From assembly GCA_965219575.1 (NCBI GenBank), contig OZ244779.1, forward strand, positions 1,548,769 through 1,612,768: a DNA stretch of 64,000 nt. The letters are read 5' to 3'. This document shows positions 20,376 through 31,438 of the stretch, piece after piece. The number at the start of each line of letters is the position of its first letter. Within the stretch, counting starts at the first letter, position 1. Position numbers and translations under genes: made by a program. The stretch comes from Candidatus Oxydemutatoraceae bacterium (GTDB lineage: Bacteria; Pseudomonadota; Gammaproteobacteria; Poriferisulfidales; Oxydemutatoraceae). The notes beneath the pieces are model-generated. The model ran no database searches. It had not been told where the DNA came from and worked only from the letters and a program-made list of their open reading frames with translations.

Positions 20376-23300
20376 TCAATGGGTGGGTCTATATTCTATT
20401 CTAAGGTCTAAAATACCCGGGATACTTTTTATGCTTTCGAGCATTTGTGCACTAGGCTCCACTTTGTACGACTCGGATAGCACCATTCTGGTTTCGGCAT
20501 CGGCATTGCGGAATATGATATAAACCTTGCATCCCCCGGAGGGTTTCACAAACGGTTGCATCGATGCGATTAGTTTATCGACCAGGCCATCTTTTTGAGA
20601 TAGATCGTCGATATTACCGGTATCCCATACGATGCTAAGATTTTTGGCGAATGATTGTTCGGCTTGTTCGAGTGTCATGATTCGTGAAGCACGCCAGCGA
20701 TCGTTTTTATTTTGAATATCGTAAGCCGCCTTGTACACGCCGACGACAACGATACCCTCGTAAGAAAGCATGTCTTTGCAGTTCTTATAATCGTTGTCGA
20801 ATAGCGATAAATTAAGTCTATCGGTGCCGTCGTCGAGTGCGAAAAATGCAACCGATTTTCCTTTCCTTTCACCTTGTTTCTCGGTTGCGTTATCTTGTCG
20901 GTTCGATGATTTTCTGTAAATAACTCTGTGTTCAACTTTATCCAAAGTACCGGCAAGCCAAACCGCTTCTCTTTCGTCATGCTTCGATGTTCCGAGTGCT
21001 CGCCTGAAGTCACCGAGACTTTGATAATCAACGATGTTTTTTATCTTGTCGCTACACTTAGAAATAGGATGTGCGGTTAGATAAAAACCTAAACTGTTTT
21101 TTTCTTTCTCCATGAGTTGCGCTTGGGTCATGGTCTCGGTATTTTTATCGGGCATCTCGGAGACGGTAGACGAAGTATGCGTCTCGCCGAAAATACTGGT
21201 TTGACCGCTTTCGTTATCTCGGAAAGTCCTCTCCGCCAAATCATAGATATTCTCCAGAGATTGCAGTGCCGAAGCTCTATCGGCTTCTATTTTGTCGAAG
21301 GCACCTACCGATACGAGCGGTTCGATCATATTCGCTCTGAGTTTCGGCACTAGGCGGCGGCAAAAATCGGTCAACGATTTATAATTTCCTTCGGCTTTAC
21401 GGTCGTTCACGATAGTTTTGATCATCTCATGACCGATTTGTCGTATTGCGCCCAAGCCATAGACTATCTGCCCTTCTTCTATTTCTCTAAACTCGTATTC
21501 CGAGCGGTTTATATCGGGTGGCACGATCGTCAATCCCAAGTTGCGACATTCACTCAACAAATCTATAATTTTATCGGTATCCGACATCTCCGATGTCAAT
21601 ACCGCCGCCATAAAAGCACCGCTGTAATTGCTCTTGAGCCAAGCGGTCTGATAGGCTACGAGTGCGTATGCAACCGAGTGTGATTTATTGAATCCGTAAC
21701 CGGCAAAATGTTCTATCAAATCAAAAAGTCTAGTCGCAACGCCGCGAGCGACACCGTTTGCCATAGCCCCTTCGACAAAAACCACTCGCTGCTCGGCCAT
21801 TTCTTCGGGAATTTTCTTGCCCATCGCACGGCGTAAAATATCGGCTCCACCCAAAGTATAACCGGCGAGCGTTTGTGCAATCTGCATAACCTGCTCTTGA
21901 TACAAAATGACCCCGTAGCTGGTACTCAATATCGGTTCTAATACCGGGTGTTGGTATTCGAATTCCTCACCGTGCTTACGGTTCGCATAGCTGTCGCCCA
22001 TACCGGCTTGCAACGGGCCCGGACGGTAAAGCGCAACAAGGGCGACGATATCTTCAAATTTATCGGGCTTTAATTTTTTGATTAAACGACGCATACCACC
22101 CGACTCCAGCTGAAACAATGCGGTCGTCTCGGCATTTTGCAATAAGCGATAGGTCTTAGGGTCGTCGAGCGGTATTTGTGAGATTTCGGGAACCGAGACA
22201 CCGCGACGCTTAAGATTCGCCAGAGTTTTGTTGATAATGGTTAAGGTTCTAAGCCCCAAAAAATCAAATTTAACCAAGCCTACTTTTTCTATATCTTTCA
22301 TATCAAAATGCGTTGCGGCATTTTGATGATCGGCTTCTTTATACAATGCGGTGTAATCGGTTAACGGAGCCGGTGCAATGACGATACCGCCGGCGTGTTG
22401 GCCGGCGTTTCTAACCAAACCTTCTATAGCCAAAGCATTATCGAACACCCTTTTGACTCTCGCTTCATTATCGTAGCGTTCTTTTAGCTCGGGAGATTCT
22501 CTAAGTGCCTCGCTTAATTTAATGTTCAAGCGCGACGGTATCAGTTTGACGAGATCGTCGCCCAAACCATAAGCATAACCCAGCACGCGGGTCACATCGC
22601 GTATTGCCGCTTTAGCCCCTAGACTGCCGAAAGTGATAATCTGACTCACATTATCTCGCCCGTATCGCTCGACGACATATTGGATGACGCGATCCCGACC
22701 TTCTATGCAAAAATCAACATCAAAATCCGGCAACGATATGCGGTCGAGATTTAGAAAACGTTCAAAAAACAAGTCGTACTTCAGAGGATCTATCTCGGTA
22801 ATCCCCAAAGCATAAGCAACCAAAGAACCTGCCCCCGAGCCTCGCCCCGGACCGACCGGAATGTCGTTATGCTTGGCCCATAAGATAAAATCGGCAACGA
22901 TCAAAAAATAACCTTCATAACCCATCTCGCTAATTACTTTTAGTTCCGCTTCCAGACGCTCGGTATAGGCGGCTTGATCCAAGTCGGTATTTTTATCCAA
23001 GTAATTCTGCAGACCGGCAACGGCATCGTGTCTCAGCTTATCCTTTACGCTAAGCCTCTCTTCTATAGGGAAAGATGGCAAGTGTGTCTGCCCCAACCGA
23101 AGTTCCAGGGTGCAACGCCTCGCTATTTCCACACTGTTTTGTATCGCACTCGGTATATCTTTGAACATCGCCACCATCTCGTCGGCACTTTTGAGGTATT
23201 GCTCGGGGCTGTATAGATCTCGTCGACGGTGTTTATCGTTCAAAGTACGACCTTCGGCAATACAAACCTTAATTTCGTGCGAATTAAAATCTTCTTTGTT

Positions 23301-23909
23301 CAAAAAACAGACATCGTTGCTCGCAACCATCGGCAACGCTGCCCGTTTAGCCAACTTAATTGCTTTTGTCACATAATCGCGCTCGTTTTCTCGCCGCGTG
23401 TATTGGAGCTCCACATAAAAGCGATCTTTGAATACCGAAGTCCAAAATTCCACCAAACGATCAACCTGTGGTGACTCGTCGTGCAATAACGCCGCTGCGA
23501 GCGCACCCCGCAATGCACCCGAAAGTATCAATAAACCCTCGTTGTAATGTTCTAAATCCTCTCGCTTCACGGCAATCTTTGCGTTTTCGTGATTTTCCAG
23601 ATAAGCGGTGGAAACCAACCGCGTTAGATTGCGATAGCCGCGTTCATCCAGACATAAAACGACGCATTGCTCGCCGGTCGGTGCGATGGCATCCGCGTGT
23701 ATAGATAATTCGCACCCGATAATCGGCTTTATGCGGTGTTCGATCGCTTGGGTGTAAAACTTGATTACCGCAAAAAGATTATTGATATCGCTGATTGCAA
23801 TCGCCGGGAATTGCATCGCTCGGGCTTTTTCAAAAAGTGCGGGTATACGCAATACACTATCTTGAATAGAGTACTCGGTATGCAAATGTAAATGTACGAA
23901 CCGGTTCAT
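20376..23909 (-). CDS. dnaE: DNA polymerase III alpha subunit (alternative start 23945)
   Basis: FVHLHLHTEYS PHP domain, GRGSGAGS, PDFDVDF, KFDFLGL. Confidence 0.98.
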   Translation of the reverse strand: MNRFVHLHLHTEYSIQDSVLRIPALFEKARAMQFPAIAISDINNLFAVIKFYTQAIEHRIKPIIGCELSIHADAIAPTGEQCVVLCLDERGYRNLTRLVSTAYLENHENAKIAVKREDLEHYNEGLLILSGALRGALAAALLHDESPQVDRLVEFWTSVFKDRFYVELQYTRRENERDYVTKAIKLAKRAALPMVASNDVCFLNKEDFNSHEIKVCIAEGRTLNDKHRRRDLYSPEQYLKSADEMVAMFKDIPSAIQNSVEIARRCTLELRLGQTHLPSFPIEERLSVKDKLRHDAVAGLQNYLDKNTDLDQAAYTERLEAELKVISEMGYEGYFLIVADFILWAKHNDIPVGPGRGSGAGSLVAYALGITEIDPLKYDLFFERFLNLDRISLPDFDVDFCIEGRDRVIQYVVERYGRDNVSQIITFGSLGAKAAIRDVTRVLGYAYGLGDDLVKLIPSRLNIKLSEALRESPELKERYDNEARVKRVFDNALAIEGLVRNAGQHAGGIVIAPAPLTDYTALYKEADHQNAATHFDMKDIEKVGLVKFDFLGLRTLTIINKTLANLKRRGVSVPEISQIPLDDPKTYRLLQNAETTALFQLESGGMRRLIKKLKPDKFEDIVALVALYRPGPLQAGMGDSYANRKHGEEFEYQHPVLEPILSTSYGVILYQEQVMQIAQTLAGYTLGGADILRRAMGKKIPEEMAEQRVVFVEGAMANGVARGVATRLFDLIEHFAGYGFNKSHSVAYALVAYQTAWLKSNYSGAFMAAVLTSEMSDTDKIIDLLSECRNLGLTIVPPDINRSEYEFREIEEGQIVYGLGAIRQIGHEMIKTIVNDRKAEGNYKSLTDFCRRLVPKLRANMIEPLVSVGAFDKIEADRASALQSLENIYDLAERTFRDNESGQTSIFGETHTSSTVSEMPDKNTETMTQAQLMEKEKNSLGFYLTAHPISKCSDKIKNIVDYQSLGDFRRALGTSKHDEREAVWLAGTLDKVEHRVIYRKSSNRQDNATEKQGERKGKSVAFFALDDGTDRLNLSLFDNDYKNCKDMLSYEGIVVVGVYKAAYDIQNKNDRWRASRIMTLEQAEQSFAKNLSIVWDTGNIDDLSQKDGLVDKLIASMQPFVKPSGGCKVYIIFRNADAETRMVLSESYKVEPSAQMLESIKSIPGILDLRIEYRPTH

Positions 23910-23934
23910 CGTAATGCTCGGTTTTTGTGCCGAC

Positions 23935-24585
23935 TCACAATTCATTTCTTTCGTCTAAAGGCAGCGGCACTTGAGCAATCGCTTCGCGCACTTTAGCCCA
24001 GCTCGTTCTGTGTAGTGCGCAACTACCGTGGTTCATCAGTGCGCGCTTGTGCTTAGTGGTTGCATAACCTTTGTGTTCGGCAAAATGATACGACGGATAT
24101 TTATCCGCCAACATTCGCATCTGTCGATCGCGCGTCGTCTTAGCCAAAATAGAGGCCGCTGCAATACACATCGTTCGGTCGTCTCCGGCAATAATCGCAT
24201 TACACGGAATATCGCTTTGCGGACAACGATTACCGTCTATCAATACGCGTTGCGGTTTGAGATCTAAACCTTCTATCGCTCTTTGCATTGCCAGCAGTGT
24301 TGCGTTGAGTATATTGACGCGATCTATTTCATCGCTATCGGCACTGCCTATAGCCCAAGCATGCGCACTTTCCTTTATTTTATCGGCTAGATACTCGCGG
24401 CGAGCCGGCGATAATTTTTTGGAATCTACGCAACCGTCTATGGTTCGCTCGGAATCTAAAATAACCGCAGCGGCAACCACCGGTCCCGCTAAAGCACCGC
24501 GTCCCGCTTCATCTACGCCGGCGATATAAATCTCACCGAAGCGCGGTATCGCTTGATGTCTTAAGATAACATTTTCACAATTCAC
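23935..24585 (-). CDS. rnhB: Ribonuclease HII
   Basis: GVDEAGRG, DSKKL, IAAASILAK. Confidence 0.97.
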   Translation of the reverse strand: MNCENVILRHQAIPRFGEIYIAGVDEAGRGALAGPVVAAAVILDSERTIDGCVDSKKLSPARREYLADKIKESAHAWAIGSADSDEIDRVNILNATLLAMQRAIEGLDLKPQRVLIDGNRCPQSDIPCNAIIAGDDRTMCIAAASILAKTTRDRQMRMLADKYPSYHFAEHKGYATTKHKRALMNHGSCALHRTSWAKVREAIAQVPLPLDERNEL

Positions 24586-24772
24586 GGTTTATTCTTGTGT
24601 CTCTCATATTGGCAAGAGACTATTATAATGTGTTCGCCCGTTTAATTTATAATTTCCCTATTTGTGGGCGCAATAACACAAAAATCCTCTTGCGATATAC
24701 CATTAAAAATGCGTTAAGGTCAACAGGATGTGCTAGAATGTGCGTTTTAACCATACCGAGTAAAATCCTACG

Positions 24773-25393
24773 ATGATCAAAAAATATTTAACACACAGCA
24801 TTGCGTTAATAGCTTGTCTTGCAATCGTTGCATGCAAGCCTTCACAAACCGAAGACAAGGATAACAAATCAATGAATACCAACACCGAAAATGCAATCGT
24901 CACATTAAAAACCAGCGAAGGCGATATCAAGATCGAACTTTATGCCGATAAAGCACCGATTACCGCAGAAAATTTTCTGAAATATGTCCAAGAAGGTTTT
25001 TACGACGGTACTATCTTTCATCGGGTCATACCCAACTTTATGATACAAGGCGGTGGTTTTACCGAGGATATGAACCAAAAGCAAACCAATCCCGACATTA
25101 AAAACGAAGCCGATAACGGCTTAAAAAACGACCGCGGCACTATTGCGATGGCGCGCACCCCCGACCCGGATTCGGCAAGTTCACAATTTTTTATCAACTT
25201 GAAAAATAATGACTTTCTTAATTTTAGAGATAAAAGCATGCAAGGCTGGGGATATTGCGTCTTCGGCAAAGTGATCTCGGGCATGGAAGTAGTGGATAAA
25301 ATCGCAACGGTAAAAACCGGTCCAAAGCAAGGTCACCAAGATGTCCCGATGCAGACGATTACCATTACGAAGGCGACCCTAGAGAATGGATGA
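24773..25393 (+). CDS. Cyclophilin-type PPIase with lipoprotein-like signal
   Basis: [27 protein letters not shown]; N-terminal LAIVAC. Confidence 0.93.
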   Translation: MIKKYLTHSIALIACLAIVACKPSQTEDKDNKSMNTNTENAIVTLKTSEGDIKIELYADKAPITAENFLKYVQEGFYDGTIFHRVIPNFMIQGGGFTEDMNQKQTNPDIKNEADNGLKNDRGTIAMARTPDPDSASSQFFINLKNNDFLNFRDKSMQGWGYCVFGKVISGMEVVDKIATVKTGPKQGHQDVPMQTITITKATLENG

Positions 25394-26139
25394 CAACGCT
25401 ATTCATTGCAGATTGTCACCTCAGCCCGAAGCGACCGCAAATCGTCGAACTTTTTTGTAACTTTCTAGAGAACCGAGCGCAAGCCGCACAACAACTTTAC
25501 ATACTCGGCGATCTATTCGACCAGTGGCTGGGCGACGACGACCCGGCGACAGGCTTGGAGGCGGTCTTCGTAGCACTACGAAAGTACGCCGACAAAAAAC
25601 CGCTCTATTTCATGCACGGCAACCACGATTTCTTAATCGGTAAAGAGTTTAGCCGCCGCACGCATTGCCGATTCGCCGGCGAGCACCCGTCACAAGATGC
25701 CGTGGTAGCCGATATAGAAGGTTGTGCAACTCTGCTGATGCACGGCGACCAACTATGTACCGACGATGTAGCGTATCAAAGATATAGAGCTGTGGTTCGC
25801 AATCGTACACTACAAAAACTTTGGAAAACAATGCCGTTGAGATGGCGGCAATCCTTCGTTAAGCGATTAATTTCTACAAGCGAAAACGCCACCGCTAAAA
25901 AAACTGAAGCGATTATGGATGTCAACACCGCTACCGTAAATGCAACGATGCGACACTACCGCGTCCGACGACTTATACACGGGCATGTTCACCGTCCGGC
26001 TATACACGATTTTATGTTGGACGGCAAAGCCACACAACGGCTGGTACTGGGCGATTGGTACGAGCAAGGTAGTGTGTTGGAAGTCACGAGCGATAACACC
26101 ACGCTCCACCGATTGTCGTATCCATCCACTAAATCATGA
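25390..26139 (+). CDS. lpxH: UDP-2,3-diacylglucosamine hydrolase
   Basis: DCH, GDLFD, GNHD, HGD, HGHVH; follows the cyclophilin gene. Confidence 0.93.
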   Translation: MTTLFIADCHLSPKRPQIVELFCNFLENRAQAAQQLYILGDLFDQWLGDDDPATGLEAVFVALRKYADKKPLYFMHGNHDFLIGKEFSRRTHCRFAGEHPSQDAVVADIEGCATLLMHGDQLCTDDVAYQRYRAVVRNRTLQKLWKTMPLRWRQSFVKRLISTSENATAKKTEAIMDVNTATVNATMRHYRVRRLIHGHVHRPAIHDFMLDGKATQRLVLGDWYEQGSVLEVTSDNTTLHRLSYPSTKS

Positions 26140-26337
26140 TACTCCTCTACGGATGTAGCCCGATACTTGACTTAGGTTGCTATACCGTTGGTCGGATATA
26201 TCGCTATTTAATCCGTATTCTGCTTGACATTAAAATATGCTACTGATATAAGGTTATACGATATTGCAATAACGGTATATGAAAATTTGACGGTTTTTAT
26301 ATGCACTGATGGAATTACTTTTAACCGGAGATTATTA

Positions 26338-26865
26338 ATGTCTACATTATTTGAATATCTAAGCAACGATGTTTCACTGCTGATTGCGATAATACTCGTT
26401 ATCGGATGGTGTTTTGCTATACATTTGAAAATTCAGGACTTTGAACCTTTAAGAAAAAATGCAAGTAGTATCTTGGCTGTAGTCAAAAAAGTAGAGAAAA
26501 TAAACGAGACATTGATCAACCGATACGGTAAAGATGTCACCCGCATCGATAGCCCCGTATCGCTAAGCGACTACGGTATCCAATTATCCCAAAAAATAGA
26601 TGCACCTTCTATCGTTACCGAGTACGCTCCGAAACTGACACAAAAAGCAAAAGAAAAACACATGAATAGGTACCAGATACAGAAAAACAGTTTTACTCTG
26701 GCAAAGCAGGCCCTGGAGAATTTGGAGAAAATAGATAAAAAACGCTTTGACAGGCTAGCCAATCTAGCTTACGAAGAAGGTATAGAAATAGAAAGTCTGA
26801 TAAAGATTTTGGGATTGGAATTGCGAGACGAAGTACTAAAATCCGTTAATAGAACCGCCGATTGA
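26338..26865 (+). CDS. Hypothetical single-TM protein; RTAD* terminus comes from the repeat
   Basis: GGAG RBS before ATG 26338, one hydrophobic segment, AT-rich. Confidence 0.65.
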   Translation: MSTLFEYLSNDVSLLIAIILVIGWCFAIHLKIQDFEPLRKNASSILAVVKKVEKINETLINRYGKDVTRIDSPVSLSDYGIQLSQKIDAPSIVTEYAPKLTQKAKEKHMNRYQIQKNSFTLAKQALENLEKIDKKRFDRLANLAYEEGIEIESLIKILGLELRDEVLKSVNRTAD

Positions 26866-26894
26866 ACCGACAAGTCGATCGGCGTGACATTGTG
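26850..26894. repeat. Palindromic repeat copy with GTGACATTGTG tail
   Basis: TAGAACCGCCGATTGAACCGACAAGTCGATCGGCGTGACATTGTG. Confidence 0.85.
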
Positions 26895-28130
26895 CTATAT
26901 TCTGAGCCCTATCATCAAATCCATAACATTGGTTCCGGTAGGACCAGTGTTGATTAAATCTCCAGTCTGCTCCAGAAAACTGCCGCTATCGGCATTTGCC
27001 AAGCTATGTTTTATATCCAAGCCCAGTGCCGAAGCTCTACGCACCGTCGTGCCGTCAACCAAGGCACCGGCGTCGGTGGTCGGTCCATCGCTGCCATCGG
27101 TGCCGGCAATTACAAAATAAACACCTTCTTCATTTGACAAGCGTTCGGCTATCAGCAAAGCGAGATGCTGATTGCGCCCGCCTCGTCCCGGAGATTGCGG
27201 TAGTTGCATAGAGGGTTCTCCTCCCCAAACCAGTAACTGATGCTTATCGGTGAATAGTGTGTCGCATAAACGCTCGGCAACCGCTACGACATCACCTGCT
27301 ACGAAGTCCGGCATCAAACGGGCATCGTAACCCAATGCTATTGCCTTATTAACGCACGCTTTTTTGGCATTGTCTAAACGCGCAACTATACGGGTATCGA
27401 TAAGCCTAAAGACTTCTGCGTCGGGCGGTGGCACCAATGTAATGCCGGTCAAACAATCTTTAATTTCCGTCGGATAATCGTCAAAATTCGGTTTTGTGTG
27501 CGGTGGATTCAGTAAGCCCGAGCCTATCACGCTAGGATCGTCCCCCGGCACATCGGATATCATCAAATTCAGCACGGCGCAACCCTCGAGTCTCATTGCC
27601 AATCGTCCGCCTTTAATGCACGAAAGTGATTGGCGCACTGCATTCATCTGTCCTATATCCAAGCCTTTGGCGAGCAACACTTCGGTTATGTTTTTTAGAT
27701 TCTCCAAGCGCATGCCGGCGGGCAGTACTTCAACCAAGCTCGAAGCACCCCCCGACAATAAAAAAAGAAAATGTGCCTTGCGAACCGTACGGCTTTCCAG
27801 ATAGGCTAATAATCGCCTTCCCGCCTCTAGGCTCTTATCGCTAGGCACCGGATGATCCGATTCTATGACCTCTATGGAATTATGGTCGTGTAGTTCGGGT
27901 GCGGTATGTAGATGCTTGGTAATTAGCAAACCGTCTTTTATTCGGTTGCCGAGCACATCCAATGCGCCCAAAGTCATATCCGAGGCAGCTTTGCCTATCG
28001 CAACCAAATGTAGTGCCTCGCTACTCGGGCGATGCGCTTCAAGATCGGCGATAACCGCCCGACGCCCCTTAACTCTATTGAGCCCACTATTAAAAATTTG
28101 CATTAAGTCGCTACGAATTTTATCTTGCAT
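26895..28130 (-). CDS. Glycerate kinase, MOFRL family
   Basis: AIGKAA, HPVP, LSGGASSL, GGRNQH, GTDGSDG, TGTNVMD. Confidence 0.92.
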   Translation of the reverse strand: MQDKIRSDLMQIFNSGLNRVKGRRAVIADLEAHRPSSEALHLVAIGKAASDMTLGALDVLGNRIKDGLLITKHLHTAPELHDHNSIEVIESDHPVPSDKSLEAGRRLLAYLESRTVRKAHFLFLLSGGASSLVEVLPAGMRLENLKNITEVLLAKGLDIGQMNAVRQSLSCIKGGRLAMRLEGCAVLNLMISDVPGDDPSVIGSGLLNPPHTKPNFDDYPTEIKDCLTGITLVPPPDAEVFRLIDTRIVARLDNAKKACVNKAIALGYDARLMPDFVAGDVVAVAERLCDTLFTDKHQLLVWGGEPSMQLPQSPGRGGRNQHLALLIAERLSNEEGVYFVIAGTDGSDGPTTDAGALVDGTTVRRASALGLDIKHSLANADSGSFLEQTGDLINTGPTGTNVMDLMIGLRI

Positions 28131-28172
28131 GATTACGGGTATTCTAACGCGAGCGGTGTATGGGTGCAATAG

Positions 28173-28658
28173 AACGTAGGACATTCCAAGCATCGCTTTA
28201 CAACGGCGCACCGCTCTATACTTCATGCAACCAAAAGCAAAGATAATGCTTTCTACAAAGAGCAAGTTGCCCAGCCGTACAAAAATCCCGAAGACCCTCG
28301 AATACGAGAACAGATAGCAAACGGTGCAAAGGGACGGATGCCGTATTCGTGGTTTTACTTTAACCTTGTCAAAAATGTTTCAAAAGACAAAACTTTTCAT
28401 TCGTGTCAAATTCCCTTGAAACTTGTAGAAATGCTTATTTCCGCGACCACGAAACCCGGAGATAGTGTATTCATTCTATTCGGTGGCAGTGGATCGGAGA
28501 TAGTGTTGGCAGAAAAGATGAATAGAGTTTTCTTATCTTGTGAAATCAATCAAAAATATTATACGATGATCCAAGACAGGTTGGGTCGTCGAGGAGAAAT
28601 CATAGATAAATACCGTTGCCTCCCGAATATTCAATTGCGTTTACCCGTTGATTTATGA
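28173..28658 (+). pseudogene. N-terminally truncated beta-class N4/N6 DNA methyltransferase
   Basis: Open frame from the TAG at 28170: NVGHSKHRFTTAHRSILH...HSCQIP..LVEMLI..PGDSV..LFGGSGS; no DPPY-type catalytic motif. Confidence 0.75.
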
Positions 28659-28698
28659 AAGACATAATCTTACGATTCTAGGTGGTTCTATTCTACCC

Positions 28699-28722
28699 CG
28701 ACAAGCTCAATCGGTGATTCTA
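28699..28722 (-). repeat. Half palindromic repeat at the stop of the L,D-transpeptidase gene
   Basis: Minus strand TAGAATCACCGATTGAGCTTGTCG, then further TAGAA starts. Confidence 0.7.
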
Positions 28723-29232
28723 TGGTGCAATAATATAAACGATGGAATTACACTCTAAGATATCAAATACTTCTACTACATCTTTGTTTTTCATTCTAAC
28801 ACAACCGACCGACGACGGGCGACCGATGCGCTTTTCGTCGATCGTGCCGTGTATATAAATGTAGCGGCGTTGGGAGTCATGGTAGCCTCCTTGGTTGATA
28901 TTCGGTTCGAGTCCGGCTAACCATAGAATACGGGTGCAGATTGCATCTTCGCAGCCGATTGTTGTATGCGGGTTGGGTGATGCGATATTATCGGTTGCTC
29001 GTCGTGCTATGAAAAGTCTGCACAGAGGTTCACCCTCGCCTATTTTCATTGCAACCCGATGTGCGCCTTGCGGTGTTTTACGAGAGTCCTCTGTAGAACC
29101 CACCCCATAGCGCGATGTGGATATCGGATACCATGCACATAGATGCAAACGCCTGATCAGATAAAGCCTTTGTGTGTAAATATCGATCAATGCCAGCGGA
29201 TGCCGCGCGTATTTAGGATAAGTCCTCAGCAA
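28720..29232 (-). CDS. L,D-transpeptidase (YkuD family); start uncertain
   Basis: TPQG, IYIHGT...SVGCVRM. Confidence 0.85.
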   Translation of the reverse strand: MLRTYPKYARHPLALIDIYTQRLYLIRRLHLCAWYPISTSRYGVGSTEDSRKTPQGAHRVAMKIGEGEPLCRLFIARRATDNIASPNPHTTIGCEDAICTRILWLAGLEPNINQGGYHDSQRRYIYIHGTIDEKRIGRPSSVGCVRMKNKDVVEVFDILECNSIVYIIAP

Positions 29233-29314
29233 ACGCCGAGAGCGTGTTTGCCAATCAACGATGATAAATCTCTCTGTTCGTAATACGCATCAACTCTTTT
29301 CGATCTATCGCATT

Positions 29315-30811
29315 TTATGCGATATACAAATCCGCTTCACCTGCTTTCTTTTTCTCTTGCTTGGATTCTTCGCTGCGTTGTCGCCTTATTCGATCCAAAT
29401 AACCGGTTTCGGGTTCAACCACATATTCACCGTTGAACATAGAGCAGTCAAAATGCTTTAGCTTCTGGTTGCCCTTTTGTACTGCCGCCACCAAATCGTC
29501 CAAGTCCTGATAAAACAGAACGTCCGCTCCTACAAAAGAACAGACTTGGTCTATGGTGCGATTGTGCGCTATCAATTCGCCCGGCACCGGCATATCAATG
29601 CCGTAGATATTCGGATAACGTATAGGTGGCGATGCCGAGACCAAAAATACCCGCTTGGCACCGGCTTCGCGTGCCATCTGTACGATTTGCTTGGAAGTCG
29701 TGCCGCGCACGATGGAATCGTCGACGATCATCACATTCTTATCCTTAAACTCGATACCGAGCGGATTCAATTTGTAGCGTACCGATTTCTGTCGTTCTTG
29801 CTGCTCGGGCATAATAAATGTGCGACCGATATAGCGGTTTTTTATAAACCCTTCGCGATAACGCACTTTGAGTTTGATTGCCAGTTCCAATGCGGCGGTA
29901 CGGCTGGTGTCGGGCACCGGTATCACAACATCAATTTTATAATCCGACCATTCTCGTTTAATCTTTTTCGCCAATCTATCCCCCATACGCATGCGTGCTC
30001 TATGGACAAAAACTTCGTCTATTTCCGAGTCGGGGCGAGCAAAATAAACATATTCGAATATGCAACTGCGATACTCCGAAGATTCACTGCATACCTTTGC
30101 ATAAAGATCGCCTGCGCTATCTATAAAGATGGCTTCGCCCGGTTTTAGGTCTCTAACTTTCCGAAAACCGGAGGTGCCGAATGCAACACTCTCCGAAGCA
30201 AACATATATTCCAAGCCTTTGGTCGTTTCTCTTACACCGTAGATTAACGGGCGAATTGCGTACGGATCACGAAACGCAACGATACCTATACCGGCTATCA
30301 TTGTCACCACGGCGTAGCTACCTCGCACTCGCATATGCAATTTTTTTACCGCCTGAAATATCTCGTTCGGCCCCGGCATCAATTTCTGCTGTAGCAGTTC
30401 GTGGGCAAATATATTCAGCAAAATTTCCGAATCCGAACCGGTGTTAATGTGCCTTCTATCCTGATTGAATAATTGCGTTATGAGTTTCTCGGAGTTGATC
30501 AAGTTGCCGTTATGGGCAAGCGCAATGCCGTAAGGGCTATTGACATAGAGCGGCTGTGCTTCCGCACGATGCGAAGTGCCTGCGGTTGGATAACGCACAT
30601 GGGCAATACCGATAGAACCCTTTAGGTCGAGCTTATTATTCGCTTGAAATACATCCCTGACCAAACCGTTGCCTTTGTGTTGGTATATCCTGCTATTTTC
30701 TTGCGTTATAATTCCGGCAGCATCTTGACCGCGATGTTGCAATAATAACAGGCCGTCGTGCAGAGATTGTGCAACCGCTTGGTGACCGTAAATAGCGAGT
30801 ATTCCGCACAT
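29315..30811 (-). CDS. purF: Amidophosphoribosyltransferase
   Basis: MCGI, QHRGQD, VDDSIVRGTT. Confidence 0.98.
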   Translation of the reverse strand: MCGILAIYGHQAVAQSLHDGLLLLQHRGQDAAGIITQENSRIYQHKGNGLVRDVFQANNKLDLKGSIGIAHVRYPTAGTSHRAEAQPLYVNSPYGIALAHNGNLINSEKLITQLFNQDRRHINTGSDSEILLNIFAHELLQQKLMPGPNEIFQAVKKLHMRVRGSYAVVTMIAGIGIVAFRDPYAIRPLIYGVRETTKGLEYMFASESVAFGTSGFRKVRDLKPGEAIFIDSAGDLYAKVCSESSEYRSCIFEYVYFARPDSEIDEVFVHRARMRMGDRLAKKIKREWSDYKIDVVIPVPDTSRTAALELAIKLKVRYREGFIKNRYIGRTFIMPEQQERQKSVRYKLNPLGIEFKDKNVMIVDDSIVRGTTSKQIVQMAREAGAKRVFLVSASPPIRYPNIYGIDMPVPGELIAHNRTIDQVCSFVGADVLFYQDLDDLVAAVQKGNQKLKHFDCSMFNGEYVVEPETGYLDRIRRQRSEESKQEKKKAGEADLYIA

Positions 30812-30825
30812 ACCGAGCTATCCTA

Positions 30826-31437
30826 TTAAATGCTATGCTCCTCGACTTTGCGACGAGGTTCGGGGTTCAATTCCGTGGGATTATCGGTTCCGACATCGGG
30901 CAAGCCGAAATCAAAATGCCAAGAGTACTGTGTCGGCAACATTGCCACGATACGTTGTGCACCGTCGACGAACGGCGGCAATAAGCGAGATTGGTTCCAC
31001 CAATCGTAGATCGATACTTTCGTCAGTCCGGCAAAAATAACCAATAGCATCACGATGATTGCCCCTCGTGCTAAACCGAAAGCAGCACCTAAAATACGAT
31101 TCATGCCTTTTAGTATAGTGCTGTGCGAGACTAAATTGCTAAGCGCATTGCTTAGTAGATTGCCGATGAAGAGTGAGACGATGAAAATCAATATAAACGA
31201 GATTACAAAGACGATAGACCCTCCTTCTACATTAAAGCCTAGCCATTCTCCGCCCCAGTTTTGCGAAACCGGCATCAACCATCGCACCGGATATTCGGAT
31301 AGATAAAAGGCGAGAAATAACGCCACAATCAAACTCGCCAGAAATAATGCTTCCTTAACAAATCCTTTATAGATACCTATGCCCACCGAAATAAACAGAA
31401 TCAAACATATCGCAACATCGACATAGTTCAACATCAA
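30826..31437 (-). CDS. cvpA: CvpA family membrane protein
   Basis: GFVKE, RILGAAFGLARG; upstream of purF. Confidence 0.92.
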   Translation of the reverse strand: MMLNYVDVAICLILFISVGIGIYKGFVKEALFLASLIVALFLAFYLSEYPVRWLMPVSQNWGGEWLGFNVEGGSIVFVISFILIFIVSLFIGNLLSNALSNLVSHSTILKGMNRILGAAFGLARGAIIVMLLVIFAGLTKVSIYDWWNQSRLLPPFVDGAQRIVAMLPTQYSWHFDFGLPDVGTDNPTELNPEPRRKVEEHSI

Positions 31438-31438
31438 A

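Noticed and set aside
19349-20523. Short ORFs over the rnpB/MITE/tRNA-Thr region
   Set aside because: They overlap RNA genes and repeats, so are most likely spurious
20860-20925. Extra segment in the DnaE OB region as a possible intein
   Set aside because: About 20 polar residues with no intein splice motifs; more likely a loop insertion
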